From an uncultured Acidobacteriota bacterium (GTDB lineage Bacteria; Acidobacteriota; UBA6911): a stretch of DNA of 64,000 nucleotides. The notes under the pieces are model-generated. The model ran no database searches and was not told where the DNA came from. It was given only the letters and a program-made list of their open reading frames with translations. Each line of letters starts with the position of its first letter. Position 1 is the stretch's first letter. The stretch spans positions 64,001-128,000 of the forward strand of contig CAWHCF010000036.1 in the NCBI GenBank assembly GCA_963827655.1, written 5' to 3'. Of the stretch, positions 1 through 9,520 are shown one piece after another. The translations under genes were made by a program, and so were the position numbers.

Positions 1-287
1 ACGTCATTTCCCGAAGCGACACGTGTGCGAGGCGGCAGGGTTGGAGTAGCTGAGAAATCGTCTCCCCTGTTTAGAGTACCCCCGATCAATTGCGCCACCG
101 CCTGTTGCGCCGGCACGTTGACGAAGCTGCCTGTCTTTTCGTATGCCACCAGGAGTGACTCGACTTCCTCCTGTAACGACTTATCATCCGCACAGGCTCC
201 TTCCAGATAAGCTGCGCGGGCGCCCACCTCCAGCCCCACGGCCGACTGAAAGATCACCTCGATCTGCTGCCATCGGTCATCTTTCAT
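1..287 (-). CDS. Ser/Thr protein kinase-type protein, N-terminal part (runs off window)
   Basis: Manual translation from ATG 287: MKDDRWQQIEVIFQSAVGLEVGARAAYLEGACADDKSLQEEVESLL, the typical leader of acidobacterial ECF-associated kinases. Confidence 0.7.
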   Translation of the reverse strand, partial: MKDDRWQQIEVIFQSAVGLEVGARAAYLEGACADDKSLQEEVESLLVAYEKTGSFVNVPAQQAVAQLIGGTLNRGDDFSATPTLPPRTRVASGND

Positions 288-365
288 CTCAGTCGCGCCC
301 CCCAGCTTATGACGAAGCAAAGCCTTCGCTAACAGCACATCGCGTGGAAATTCCTCCATCGAGTT

Positions 366-447
366 CCTAGCGTCTTCGCGTCTTCGTGGTGGGCTTTTGT
401 TTTCAAACGCTAACCACTATGACACGAAGACGCGAAGAAATGCTAAG
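366..447. repeat. 36-nt-arm inverted repeat (junction repeat 1)
   Basis: ctagcgt-cttcgcgt-cttcgtggt ... aaccactatg-acacgaag-acgcgaag-aaatgctaag. Confidence 0.85.
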
Positions 448-482
448 CCCTGTTACTGTTCTTAGGATTCCAGATTGGCTGT

Positions 483-872
483 GTGCGCGGCGACCACCTG
501 CCAGCCAACCTGTCGTTTCACCCAATCGCGGAGTTTCGGAAAGTCATCGCTCTGGTCGGTGGCAGCGCCCCTATCGAGACCAGTGTCAAGGCCTTGATGG
601 GATACGCCTACGCCCTGTCTGGAGATAGAAGCCAGGCCATCAAGCTGATTGATGAAATATCCGATCCAAGTCAGCCGGAGGCACCGCCCTATTCGATAGC
701 GGGAATCTATGCCGCCCTTGGTGAAACCGATCGGGCCTTCGAGTGGCTCAACAGGGCATATCACGGTCGCAGCTTTCAACTGGTCGGTCTGAAAGTGGAT
801 CCAATCCTGGACAACCTGCGCTCCGACCCACGATTCAAGGATCTGCTTGATCGCATTGGACTCGCACATTGA
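483..872 (+). pseudogene. C-terminal TPR fragment of a kinase/TolB-TPR protein, 5' truncated
   Basis: YSIAGIYAALGETDRAFEWLNRAY...LKVDPILDNLRSDPRFKDLLDRIGL is the usual C-terminus of these proteins; no N-terminal domains. Confidence 0.75.
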
Positions 873-944
873 GCACGATCGCGAACTGCAAGTCAGTTTT
901 GACGGCTCTCGGCGTGGCAGTTATTTGGTTGCGGGCGAGCGTAG

Positions 945-977
945 CGTCGTGTTTCTTCGTGTCTTTCGTGATATTAG
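945..977. repeat. Single left arm (junction repeat 2)
   Basis: cgtcgtgttt-cttcgtgt-ctttcgtgata, about 10 nt from the RES stop. Confidence 0.7.
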
Positions 978-987
978 TTTCGCGGGA

Positions 988-1674
988 CTAGGGGCGCACT
1001 CGGATATGCGGCGGAGCGAATGCATTAACGAATGTGATTGATACTCGGGATCCTTTCCGAACATTGTTGACCAGGGCCGGCCGAAAACACGCAATACAGG
1101 TACCGCCCTGGTGGCGGACGCTCGGGTAGACAATACCAGCCGACCCTCCGTCAACAAGCTCCCTCGCCAACTGCTGGGAAGCGGCGTAGCTGTCCGGAGC
1201 CAGACACTTTCTGAACCGGGAATCTTCACGAATGTCGTGAAATTCACCTCGGAAGTCTGCCAGGAAGTCGACGAAGACGAATGTTTCTTTGTTGCGCCAA
1301 TTGATCTCTTGCAGCTCTCGCGACTTGTGAAATGCAACCTCCTGGCTCGATGTTTCGAGCGACAAGGCCGCGTACCACGCGCCGCGGTCCGGCCCATTAA
1401 AACGGCTTCCCAGTGGGTGCGGATGGGTGAATGCGGCATTGACAATGTGGCAATAAGAAAGTCCGAACACGAGCTCCCTTACCGAAATCCCGGGCAGAAG
1501 CCCTGCTTCACCCTGAAGACGCCCATTGGTCGCCCCCTCCAGTTCGAACAGAACGCTTAGCTTTTCGGGGTCGCTGGTGAGCCGGTTGAGGACACTTTCA
1601 TTGGCATCGGTGAATGCGGCAGCAATCAGACGATGGGTATCGTCTTGAAGAAGACGGGAAACGCGGGGACGCAC
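988..1674 (-). CDS. RES-domain toxin (NAD+ phosphorylase type)
   Basis: SRFNGPDRGAWYAA, SSQEVAFH, YAASQQLARELVDGGSAGIVYPSVRH; abuts an Xre antitoxin. Confidence 0.9.
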   Translation of the reverse strand: MRPRVSRLLQDDTHRLIAAAFTDANESVLNRLTSDPEKLSVLFELEGATNGRLQGEAGLLPGISVRELVFGLSYCHIVNAAFTHPHPLGSRFNGPDRGAWYAALSLETSSQEVAFHKSRELQEINWRNKETFVFVDFLADFRGEFHDIREDSRFRKCLAPDSYAASQQLARELVDGGSAGIVYPSVRHQGGTCIACFRPALVNNVRKGSRVSITFVNAFAPPHIRVRP

Positions 1675-2100
1675 TTAGCGGCCGCCCCGACGGGCATCCA
1701 GAAGCTGTCGCACGCGCAGCATCGCAGGTAATCCGCCTCTGATCAGGTAGACCAGCGGAGGCTCGCCGCCAAACATCGGGTTGGTATTGGGCAGCCGGAT
1801 CCACCGGTCAGCCAGGTTCCTGCTGTAAAGAATGTTCAGCGCTTTGAAGATTCCCGTCAGCAAAGAGATGCGGGTCAGCCTATCCTGATCCAGTACTCTT
1901 CGGACGCCTTTCTTCAGCTCGTAAAACGCTCCGTTCGACATACCGCCGAGCAGCTGCCGGGCATCTTCGTCTCGCAATTCCCAGAGCTGTGCGATTTTCA
2001 AGAAGCCTTCTACCGCCGGAGGGCTCAGCCGTTTCAGGACGTTCTTGTTCGAAAGATCGACCGGAGTGTCCCATCCAATCCCCGCCAGAGGTTTCGCCAT
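1675..2100 (-). CDS. Xre/MbcA/ParS-type antitoxin
   Basis: WELRDEDARQLLGG..LDQDRLTRISLLTGIFKAL..WIRLPNTNPMFGGEPPL; start MAKPL at 2100. Confidence 0.9.
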   Translation of the reverse strand: MAKPLAGIGWDTPVDLSNKNVLKRLSPPAVEGFLKIAQLWELRDEDARQLLGGMSNGAFYELKKGVRRVLDQDRLTRISLLTGIFKALNILYSRNLADRWIRLPNTNPMFGGEPPLVYLIRGGLPAMLRVRQLLDARRGGR

Positions 2101-2128
2101 CGTTCCCGTCGAGCTCCAATGATGGAAC

Positions 2129-2157
2129 AATATACATCCAATTATGGAGGACAGCAA
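2129..2157 (-). promoter_or_regulatory. sigma70 promoter of the Xre-RES operon with a possible operator
   Basis: TTGCTG-N17-TATATT on the minus strand; TCCA-ATTA-TGGA palindrome in the spacer. Confidence 0.55.
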
Positions 2158-2198
2158 GCCCTGGTCTTGCGCCGCCCATTCTCAATCATCAAGGAGCC

Positions 2199-2663
2199 TT
2201 AGTTGATGCGGTCTTCTTTCCAATATTTGCGGTGGCACTGCTGGCAAACCTCATACACCTGGCCGCCTGCCTCGAAGAGCGCCTCCGGGTTTTTCGCCTC
2301 CGCGGCCTTGAGCGCGACCACGCCAACATCCACCAGCGCCTGCGACAACTTCATCCAGTCGCCCTTGTCCCGAGCGCGGTCACCGATCATGAGCAGATTC
2401 CCGGATTCTGCCAGCGTCATAGCGTTATGCCGCACGGTGGCCCACTCCTCATCGTTTTTCGGGGCAATCTCTTCCACGCCGCTGAACGAGATCACGGTTC
2501 CGACTGACTCGAATAGAACTTCGGCAGCGGGGTGAATCGTCGATTCCATGAGCTGCTGCACGTTGGCAACCGGCTTGAATTCGGGCTTCGGGGCGCATGC
2601 CGATGAGAAGAACAGGACCGCGCTCACCGGAAAAAAAAGATAGATCGTTCGCATTGCTTTCAC
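2199..2663 (-). CDS. Cytochrome c'-like lipoprotein
   Basis: Lipobox-like SSAC, helical body, C-terminal CQQCH. Confidence 0.75.
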   Translation of the reverse strand: MKAMRTIYLFFPVSAVLFFSSACAPKPEFKPVANVQQLMESTIHPAAEVLFESVGTVISFSGVEEIAPKNDEEWATVRHNAMTLAESGNLLMIGDRARDKGDWMKLSQALVDVGVVALKAAEAKNPEALFEAGGQVYEVCQQCHRKYWKEDRIN

Positions 2664-2777
2664 CTTTCGGTCCTCGCCATTTTAACCGGTTTGCCGGCGA
2701 CGAGATACAGCCACGGGGGCCAGCCTTGACAAACTAAATCGTCCGGGTGTATCAAACTCGAACGGGAGAGGATCGAG

Positions 2778-3588
2778 ATGCGCAATCTGCTCAGAGGCGG
2801 GCTGATGGTCATCGCTATGGCCGCTGTGGCAGCCCTCTTCGCTCCGGCCACAGCCCCCTGGCTACAAGGCCCGTCGCACAGCTGACGGCAAACCCGACTT
2901 GAACGGTATCTGGCAGGCGCTCGGCTCGGCGCATTGGGACATCGAGGGTCATGCCGCGCGGCCGGGAGCGATAGTCGCGCTCGGCGCGGCCGGCGCAGTT
3001 CCCGCGGGGCTGGGGGTGGTAGAGGGGGGCGCGATTCCTTACCAGCCGTGGGCGGCGGAGAAAAAAAAGGAGAACCTCAAGAACTGGCTCACCGCCGACC
3101 CGGAAATCAAATGTTATATGCCGGGTGTGCCGCGTGCCACGTACATGCCTTTTCCCTTTCAAGTGGTTCAGACTCCGAAGCACATCCTGATAACCTACGA
3201 ATTCGCGGCCGCCAGCCGCATCGTCCACATGGATAGACCGGATTTCGAGAGTCCCATCGATACGTGGATGGGGCATTCGCGAGGCCGCTGGGAGGGAGAG
3301 ACGCTCGTCGTCGACGTTACCAGTTTCAACGGCCAGACCTGGTTCGACCGGGCCGGAAACTTCCACAGCGATGCCTTGCACGTGGTCGAGCGCTACACCG
3401 CCATCAGCCCTGACGCCCTGATGTACGAAGTAACCATCGAGGATCCGAAGGTATTTACGCGGCCCTGGAAGATGAATATGCCGATCTACCGCCGTCTGGA
3501 AAAGAATATTCAGCTCCTGGAATTCAAGTGCGTGGAGTTTGTTGAAGAGCTGATTTACGGCCACCTTCGCAAGAAGCCCGAAAAGTGA
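2778..3588 (+). CDS. Conserved secreted hypothetical protein (PDLNGIWQ family), frameshift near 2845
   Basis: Signal peptide from ATG 2778 (GGAGAGG RBS) is out of frame with RTADGKPDLNGIWQ...WMGHSRGRWEGETLVVD. Confidence 0.75.
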
Positions 3589-3606
3589 AAAGAGAGGAGG
3601 ATTGAG

Positions 3607-4644
3607 ATGAGGTATCGATTTCTCACTTCCACGGTGGCGCTGGCAGCCGTGACCGCGGTCGCAGCGCTTGCGCCGGTGCTTGCCGCGGGCCAGGCCACGA
3701 CGGGCGAGGCAAAGGTGAAGGGCGCAACCAGGACCAAGACGGCCAGGGCTGACGGGACTCCGCCGCGTACCCCGTGGGGCGCGCCCGACCTGCAGGGAAC
3801 ATGGGATTTCGCAACCATTACGCCCTTGGAGCGACCCAGTGATCTTGCCGGGAAAGAGGTTCTTACGGCGGAGGAAGCCGCTGAGTTCGAACGAAAAACA
3901 CTTCAACAGCGCAATCCAGATCGTCGAGACGGTGGGGCGCAAGCCGACGTCGGACGCGCTTACAATCAATTCTGGTGGGACTATGGAAACAAGGTCATAG
4001 GGAGCAAGCGAACTTCTCTGGTCGTGGATCCGCCGGACGGCAGGGTTCCGCCCCTTTCGCCGGAGGGACAGAAAAGGGCTGATGCCCGTTCAGCCGTCAG
4101 GCAACGCCCTGCTGCCGGTCCGGAGGATCGGAATTTGTGGGAGCGTTGTATCATGGGAGGCAACGCCGGACCGCCGATGCTTCCAGGTCCCTACAATAAC
4201 GTCGTTCAGCTCTTCCAGACTCCCGGATACGTGGTGATTCTCAACGAGATGATCAACGACGCTCGCGTCGTCCCGCTGGACGGGCGTCCGCATCTGCCGC
4301 CGAGCATTCGCCAGTGGAGAGGGGACTCGCGTGGCCGCTGGGAAGGCGATACCCTGGTCGTCGACACCACAAACTTCACCGAAGAGCCGAATTTCAGAGG
4401 GGCCAGCGAGGCTTTGCATCTGGTCGAGCGTTTCACTCGAGTCGCAGCCGACACGCTCCTTTACGAATTCACGGTTCAGGATCCGAAGACGTGGACCAAA
4501 CCCTGGTCAGTGGCCGTGCCCATGACCAAGAGCGAGGGTTCCATCTATGAGTACGCGTGTCACGAGGGGAACTATGGCATGTTCAACATGCTCGCGGGAG
4601 CCCGCGCACAGGAAAACGCCGTCGAGCAAGCCCCGAAAAAGTGA
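3607..4644 (+). CDS. Conserved secreted hypothetical protein, paralogous family
   Basis: RBS GAGGAGG, signal peptide, RTPWGAPDLQGTW, GDSRGRWEGDTLVVD, YEYACHEGNY. Confidence 0.85.
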   Translation: MRYRFLTSTVALAAVTAVAALAPVLAAGQATTGEAKVKGATRTKTARADGTPPRTPWGAPDLQGTWDFATITPLERPSDLAGKEVLTAEEAAEFERKTLQQRNPDRRDGGAQADVGRAYNQFWWDYGNKVIGSKRTSLVVDPPDGRVPPLSPEGQKRADARSAVRQRPAAGPEDRNLWERCIMGGNAGPPMLPGPYNNVVQLFQTPGYVVILNEMINDARVVPLDGRPHLPPSIRQWRGDSRGRWEGDTLVVDTTNFTEEPNFRGASEALHLVERFTRVAADTLLYEFTVQDPKTWTKPWSVAVPMTKSEGSIYEYACHEGNYGMFNMLAGARAQENAVEQAPKK

Positions 4645-4705
4645 TGATGATTACTGCGCCGGACGTAAAGTGGCCATGGGACTTAGAAAGCGAGAGGTAA
4701 TTCCG

Positions 4706-5140
4706 ATGCGAACCAAGCTATCCGTGGTTGTTGCCGTCGCCGGGCTGATTCTTGCGGGCGCTAGCCCTGCGTCGGCGCACCACGCATTTGCCGCGGAATT
4801 TGACGCGAACAAGCCGGTCAAGTTGAAGGGTATGGTCACGAAGATGGAATGGATCAATCCCCATGCCTGGATTCACATCGACGTGAAAGGCGCCAATGGC
4901 CAGGTGGAAAAGTGGATGATCGAAGGTGGCACTCCGAACACCTTGCTCAGGCGAGGCTTCACCAAAAATTCCCTGTTGCCTGGAACCGAGATTGTCGTTG
5001 ACGGTTATCAGGCCAAGGACGGATCGATGAAAGCCAACGGCCGGGATCTCACGTTTCCCGATGGGCGAAAGCTTTTTTTGGGCTCGTCCGGCACTGGCGC
5101 GCCGAAAGACGGGCGAGATCCGACTGAACCGAAGCGATAG
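4706..5140 (+). CDS. DUF6152 family secreted protein
   Basis: Signal peptide ending ASA, then HHAFAAEFDANKPV; WINPHAWIHIDV. Confidence 0.85.
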   Translation: MRTKLSVVVAVAGLILAGASPASAHHAFAAEFDANKPVKLKGMVTKMEWINPHAWIHIDVKGANGQVEKWMIEGGTPNTLLRRGFTKNSLLPGTEIVVDGYQAKDGSMKANGRDLTFPDGRKLFLGSSGTGAPKDGRDPTEPKR

Positions 5141-5150
5141 ACTTCGAAGA

Positions 5151-5634
5151 CTACCCCGAAAACCCGATCCAGCGTCCTGAGGCGGCGACGACGGTCCACA
5201 GAGTGACTGAGACCAGGGCCACCAGTTTCCTCCAGAGCGGCCGCACTCGCGTCATCATCGGCCGCGGCCACGCGGCGGCGCACCGTGAAAGTAAAGACGA
5301 TCGCCGGGAACAGAAACGTCATCTTGGTCATGAAGGCAGCACTGTAGTAGCACTTGACGGCCTCCGACAGGAATAGCAGTATCCCGGAGACCACCATCAC
5401 AACAAGGCCGCCGGCCAGCCACGGTTGGGCATCCCGCGCCAATTGCGCCACCGGCTGGCGCCGCAATCCAAGGCCGAGTAAACGTAAGTCAACCACCAGA
5501 ACAGCTCCGCCGATCAAGGCCAGCGCCAGGAGATGGAAGGACTCGACGACGGGAAAAAGCCACAGCGAGCCGCGTATCGCGTTGCCCACGGCGGTGTTTT
5601 CGCACCACTCAAAGACAGGCAAGAGAGACGCCAA
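5151..5634 (-). CDS. DUF6644 family membrane protein, frameshift near 5250
   Basis: TTG start with AGGAGG; ESFHLLALALIGGAVLVVDLRLLG; corrected end LVSVTLWTVVAASGRWIGFSG*. Confidence 0.8.
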
Positions 5635-5646
5635 GAAAGTCCTCCT

Positions 5647-6159
5647 CTAATGGACGCCGGGCGGGTCGAACCAGTTATACGCGATCATTCGTCCCGCGAC
5701 GACGATGCCGGCCCATAGCAGGAGAGAGAGCGCGGCCGCGACTCTCGCACCTCTTGGCGGAACGGGGTCCAGATCCCATTCGGCCACCCTGCGATACACC
5801 GTCGAATGAAAACACCAGACATTAAGACCAGACAATATCAACATCACAACCTTGATCCGAAAGAAGATATTCAGGTAGGTCCTTACCGGAATGGCATAGA
5901 ACAGAAGCGCCCCGCTGATAACCATCAGCGCGAATCCCGCCGCAGTCCAGGGCAATAACTGCCGCGCGGCCTCCGACACCGGCACGCGCCGCATGGTCAC
6001 GCCCAGGAGACGCAGGTCCAGCATCACAGCCGTTCCGAGAAACAGGCTCAACGTCAGCACATGGAGCGACTCAACAATGGGATAAACCCAGAGCGATTCG
6101 TGGAGCGCAATACTCCACGGTGTTTTCTCCAGCCATTGGCAGAAACCAAGCAGTGACAT
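5647..6159 (-). CDS. DUF6644 family membrane protein
   Basis: ESLHVLTLSLFLGTAVMLDLRLLG...SLLLWAGIVVAGRMIAY; tandem paralog of the previous gene. Confidence 0.85.
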   Translation of the reverse strand: MSLLGFCQWLEKTPWSIALHESLWVYPIVESLHVLTLSLFLGTAVMLDLRLLGVTMRRVPVSEAARQLLPWTAAGFALMVISGALLFYAIPVRTYLNIFFRIKVVMLILSGLNVWCFHSTVYRRVAEWDLDPVPPRGARVAAALSLLLWAGIVVAGRMIAYNWFDPPGVH

Positions 6160-6237
6160 TCCGGGACCTGAGCGCTCGAGAATCATAACCGAACCGTCTC
6201 TAGAGAGTCAATGAATCGAAAGTTCTTGAAAGACCGT

Positions 6238-6650
6238 TTGGAGTGCGCAACCTTGCTTGCCCCATGTGCCGCGAACCGGCCAACTCCTGGAAGCGAAGCA
6301 AGCTTCGCCAAATTAAGGCGATAGCAAGCTCTGAACCTTACACGCATCTTTGCATTGGTCCAGAACGAACGGTTACGCCAGCTCGCGCCCTGAAAGGGCG
6401 AAGGAAATTAGCCGGGGGCAAGCGGAGCGCTGCCCCCGGTCACAGACAGGCGAAGAGACGCGCCCCGGAGGGGCGCTGGACACGGCCCCTCAATGCTCCG
6501 GCGCCCCTCTCAGGGCGCACAAACTATAAACCCCTAACCCCGGGCTGCGCTTCGCTTGCCCCGGGGCTAATTTCCGTCGCCCCCTCCGGGGCGAAATCGC
6601 CGAGACCGATGAGATGCGTGTAAGGTCCGGAGCAAGCTACCGCACTCCAA
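6238..6650. mobile_element. REP-like composite containing a ~290-bp inverted-repeat-bounded element
   Basis: Outer IR ttggagtgc/gcactccaa; perfect 15-bp IR accttacacgcatct (6335) / agatgcgtgtaaggt (6612-6626); internal hairpins cgccctgaaagggcg, cgccccggaggggcg. Confidence 0.7.
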
Positions 6651-6751
6651 GACACAAGCGGAATCACGCCCTGTGCTCCCGATACAAGAGAGACCTTGCG
6701 TCCTCTGCCGACTCTTACTACACTGATCCCACCGCGTCCGGGAGAACTACC

Positions 6752-7750
6752 ATGAAAACGAGCCCTTTCCTTAATTTGTGCCTGCTGCTGGCGTTCCCGC
6801 TCAAGGCGGCAGATACAGTTCGCATCATCCAGACCAACAGCGCCGGCGACAACATCCACATCATCGACCCCGCAACCAACAAGGTCGTGGCGATCATCGA
6901 AGGCGTTGAAGTAAACCATGGCATCGCCGCCGCTCCCGGCGGAAGCCGTTACTACGTCAGCAATGAAGCCGATACCACACTCGACGTGGTGGATGGAAAA
7001 AGCCTGAAGGTCTTCAAGAAAATACCGCTAACGGGCCGCCCCAACAATGTTGCCATCAGCACGGACGGGAAGCGGGTCTATGTCGCGATCAATGTGGCGC
7101 CAGGCGCCATAGATGTGATTGACACTGCTTCGCTGGAGAGAGCGAAGAGCATCCCTGCGAAGGGGGGAGTCCACAACACCTACGTAACGCCGGACGGCAA
7201 GTATGTTATCGGCGGCTCCATCACGGGACGCATGCTGACGGTCATCAACTACCCAGCGGAAACGATCGCCTGGGAGCTTCCAATGGAGTCCGGTGTGCGA
7301 CCGATGGCGTTCTCGCGCAAGCCCGATGGGGCGACCGACAAGCTGTTCATGAACCTCTCCGAGCACCATGGCTTTGTGGTGATTGATTTCGATACGCGCA
7401 AGGAGGTGGCGAGGATTACGCTCCCGAAACCAGACCACACTGCTGTGGCACACATTGCGGGTACTCCGTCTCACGGCCTGGCAGTCGCGCCCAATGGCAA
7501 GAGCGTGTGGTGCAATAGCTCGCTGAACAGCTCGGTCTACGGCTATTCGCTCCCGGATCTCAAGCTGATCGGAGGCGTCAAAGTCGGTGTGGTTCCGGAT
7601 TGGCTCACCTTCTCGCCGGAGGGCATTCTTTACGTAGCGAATGCAGGCTCGAACACGACATCTGCGGTTGACATCAACAGCTTGAAGGTCAAGGCTATCA
7701 TCCCGGTTGGGCAGGTTCCCAAGCGCAACATCACTGTTGTTGCGCCTTGA
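6752..7750 (+). CDS. Secreted YVTN/YncE-type beta-propeller protein
   Basis: Signal peptide; repeated blades (IIDPATNKVV, VTPDGKY, LYVANAGSNTTSAVD). Confidence 0.85.
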   Translation: MKTSPFLNLCLLLAFPLKAADTVRIIQTNSAGDNIHIIDPATNKVVAIIEGVEVNHGIAAAPGGSRYYVSNEADTTLDVVDGKSLKVFKKIPLTGRPNNVAISTDGKRVYVAINVAPGAIDVIDTASLERAKSIPAKGGVHNTYVTPDGKYVIGGSITGRMLTVINYPAETIAWELPMESGVRPMAFSRKPDGATDKLFMNLSEHHGFVVIDFDTRKEVARITLPKPDHTAVAHIAGTPSHGLAVAPNGKSVWCNSSLNSSVYGYSLPDLKLIGGVKVGVVPDWLTFSPEGILYVANAGSNTTSAVDINSLKVKAIIPVGQVPKRNITVVAP

Positions 7751-7829
7751 ATCGAAACCTGATCCTGCAACCCTCCACACGGCGCAGGGCGGGAATGGCG
7801 GTAGCAAGCTGCCCGTACCCCGAAACGTG

Positions 7830-8692
7830 CCGGAAGTCATCGACTGTCGCGCAATCCACTCAGACAGGGTCAGAAACTCCGGGTCATTCTGGGAGATCCA
7901 GAACTTTCCTCCCGTGTGCGCCGGGCTGCCCCCGGCTTCCGTGGCGAGAGGGTGCACCAGGAGCCGGCTCTTGAGAGGCTGTCCCGGAACGATAAGGCGC
8001 GTGACAGTCTCGAAATTGCGGCGAGATTGCTCCTCGGTCCACGTCTTGCTGCCGGCGGTCAGAGGCTGTAGACGCATGGGCGTGGCGAGGATCGTGTGGC
8101 AGGCAAAGCACGCCACGCCGCCGGCAGCGGCGCCCCCGCCCTTCCGAGGATTGAGGAAAATCGGCTCCACCCGGGTCCGGTAGAAGTCAAAATCCAGGAC
8201 CTGCGCCGCGTTGGAAGCGTCCGGTGCTCCCGTGCGGACCCACTCCGCCAGCGTCTGCCATTCGGGTTCGCTCTGGGAATACCAGTGCTGGCCGCCCGAA
8301 TGGTAAGGGTCGCCGCCGGCCTGGGCCGACAGCGGGTGCATCAGCAGCCGGCTCGCCGTTGGGTCTCCGGGAACTACGAATTGCGAAGCCGCCCGGTAGT
8401 TGACGCGGGACTGTTCTTCATTCCAGTTCGTGGCGCCTGGCGACAGGCTCGCCAGAACAAACGCCGTCCGACCCACATGGCAGGAGACGCAGCGGGCATT
8501 GCCCTTGCGCTTATGCAGGAAGATGGGCTGAACCCGGGCCTTGAAGAATTCATAATCCACAGGCCTTCCCGAAGAGGACGCCGTCTGCGTCTTCGCGGGA
8601 GTCGCGCCTCCTTGGGTAGCGGACGACGCTCCCGGGACAAGCCCCAATGCAAGGATATACACCGCTGCGCATGCGAGCAGAGCTACTCTCAT
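7830..8692 (-). CDS. Secreted di-heme cytochrome c-like protein with two repeated domains (3' end uncertain)
   Basis: CVSCH and CFACH, each in a repeated V(Q/E)PIFL..HPL..AGG..HxGG..W domain; the ORF reads through antisense to the propeller. Confidence 0.75.
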
Positions 8693-9013
8693 AACGATGC
8701 CCTTCCTCCAATTCTCTCGTCTGACGACGCGCTCAATCCCCTGCCGATAAGACCCAGTGTACGATTTTTGCGCCGGTCATTGTCAAGTACGGAGCAGTCG
8801 GGCCGGACTAAGGCTCGCCCCGAAATAACTTCACATTCTGCCGCGAGAGCCGGTGGTCAGTTTTTTTAGTCTTCCGTTTGCTCCGCAGCCTGACACTCTC
8901 CGCGCCTTTCGGGTGTGAACCTCAGATAAGGCGAAATAAGCTTCGCACTGGAGTTTGGACATTTCGCTGGCACAGAAGATGAGCGCCGTTAGACCCGATT
9001 TCCCCGGCATTAC

Positions 9014-9213
9014 GAGACTGTCTCAAAACGTCCCGATCCATGTGCGGACGGGCTATCAAGCCCGTCCGGCTTCCGAGGGGGCACAACTGAACTGTTAGGC
9101 TAAGGCGTACCGATTACGTTACGTGCAACGGTCTCATCTGGCCCGTCGCCACAGGGTGCTCTAAAGAATGTCTGAGCCACACTACCAGGGAAATCTGAGT
9201 TTGAGACAGTCTC
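9014..9213 (+). mobile_element. ~200-bp MITE, copy 1
   Basis: TIR gagactgtctcaaa/tttgagacagtctc; TTAC repeated on both sides. Confidence 0.85.
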
Positions 9214-9520
9214 TTACGGCCGGAGTTACGCTCTGTCGGCTCCACAGGAGCGCTTTGGAATGCGCAAGCTTGCTTCCTCGCTTCCGGAATGGTCAATCTC
9301 AGGCCCTGCGACCACAGTTCCAGGTGTATGATTCCGTGCTCCGTTGATGATTTACGTAACGAGGAGAAAAGGTCTGAGACAGGGTCCGTGGAGTTGGCAG
9401 GGGACAGAAAAGTCCTTCCGGAGTCTCGGCAAGAATCGTCGTGTGTGAACGACATTGACCTTCGCAAAGGCGCCAATTGAGCCCTGGAGTCAGCCGCAAG
9501 TAGCGCGAAAAGAGGTTTCC

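Noticed and set aside
386-628. ORFs and N-terminal extensions translated from the arms (also at 49914 and 61729)
   Set aside because: Peptides such as TKTRR/LRVFV are simple repeat translations.
7028-7830. Long antisense overlap of the 554-aa ORF with the propeller gene
   Set aside because: Domain similarity ends near 7840; the rest looks like read-through from a lost stop.
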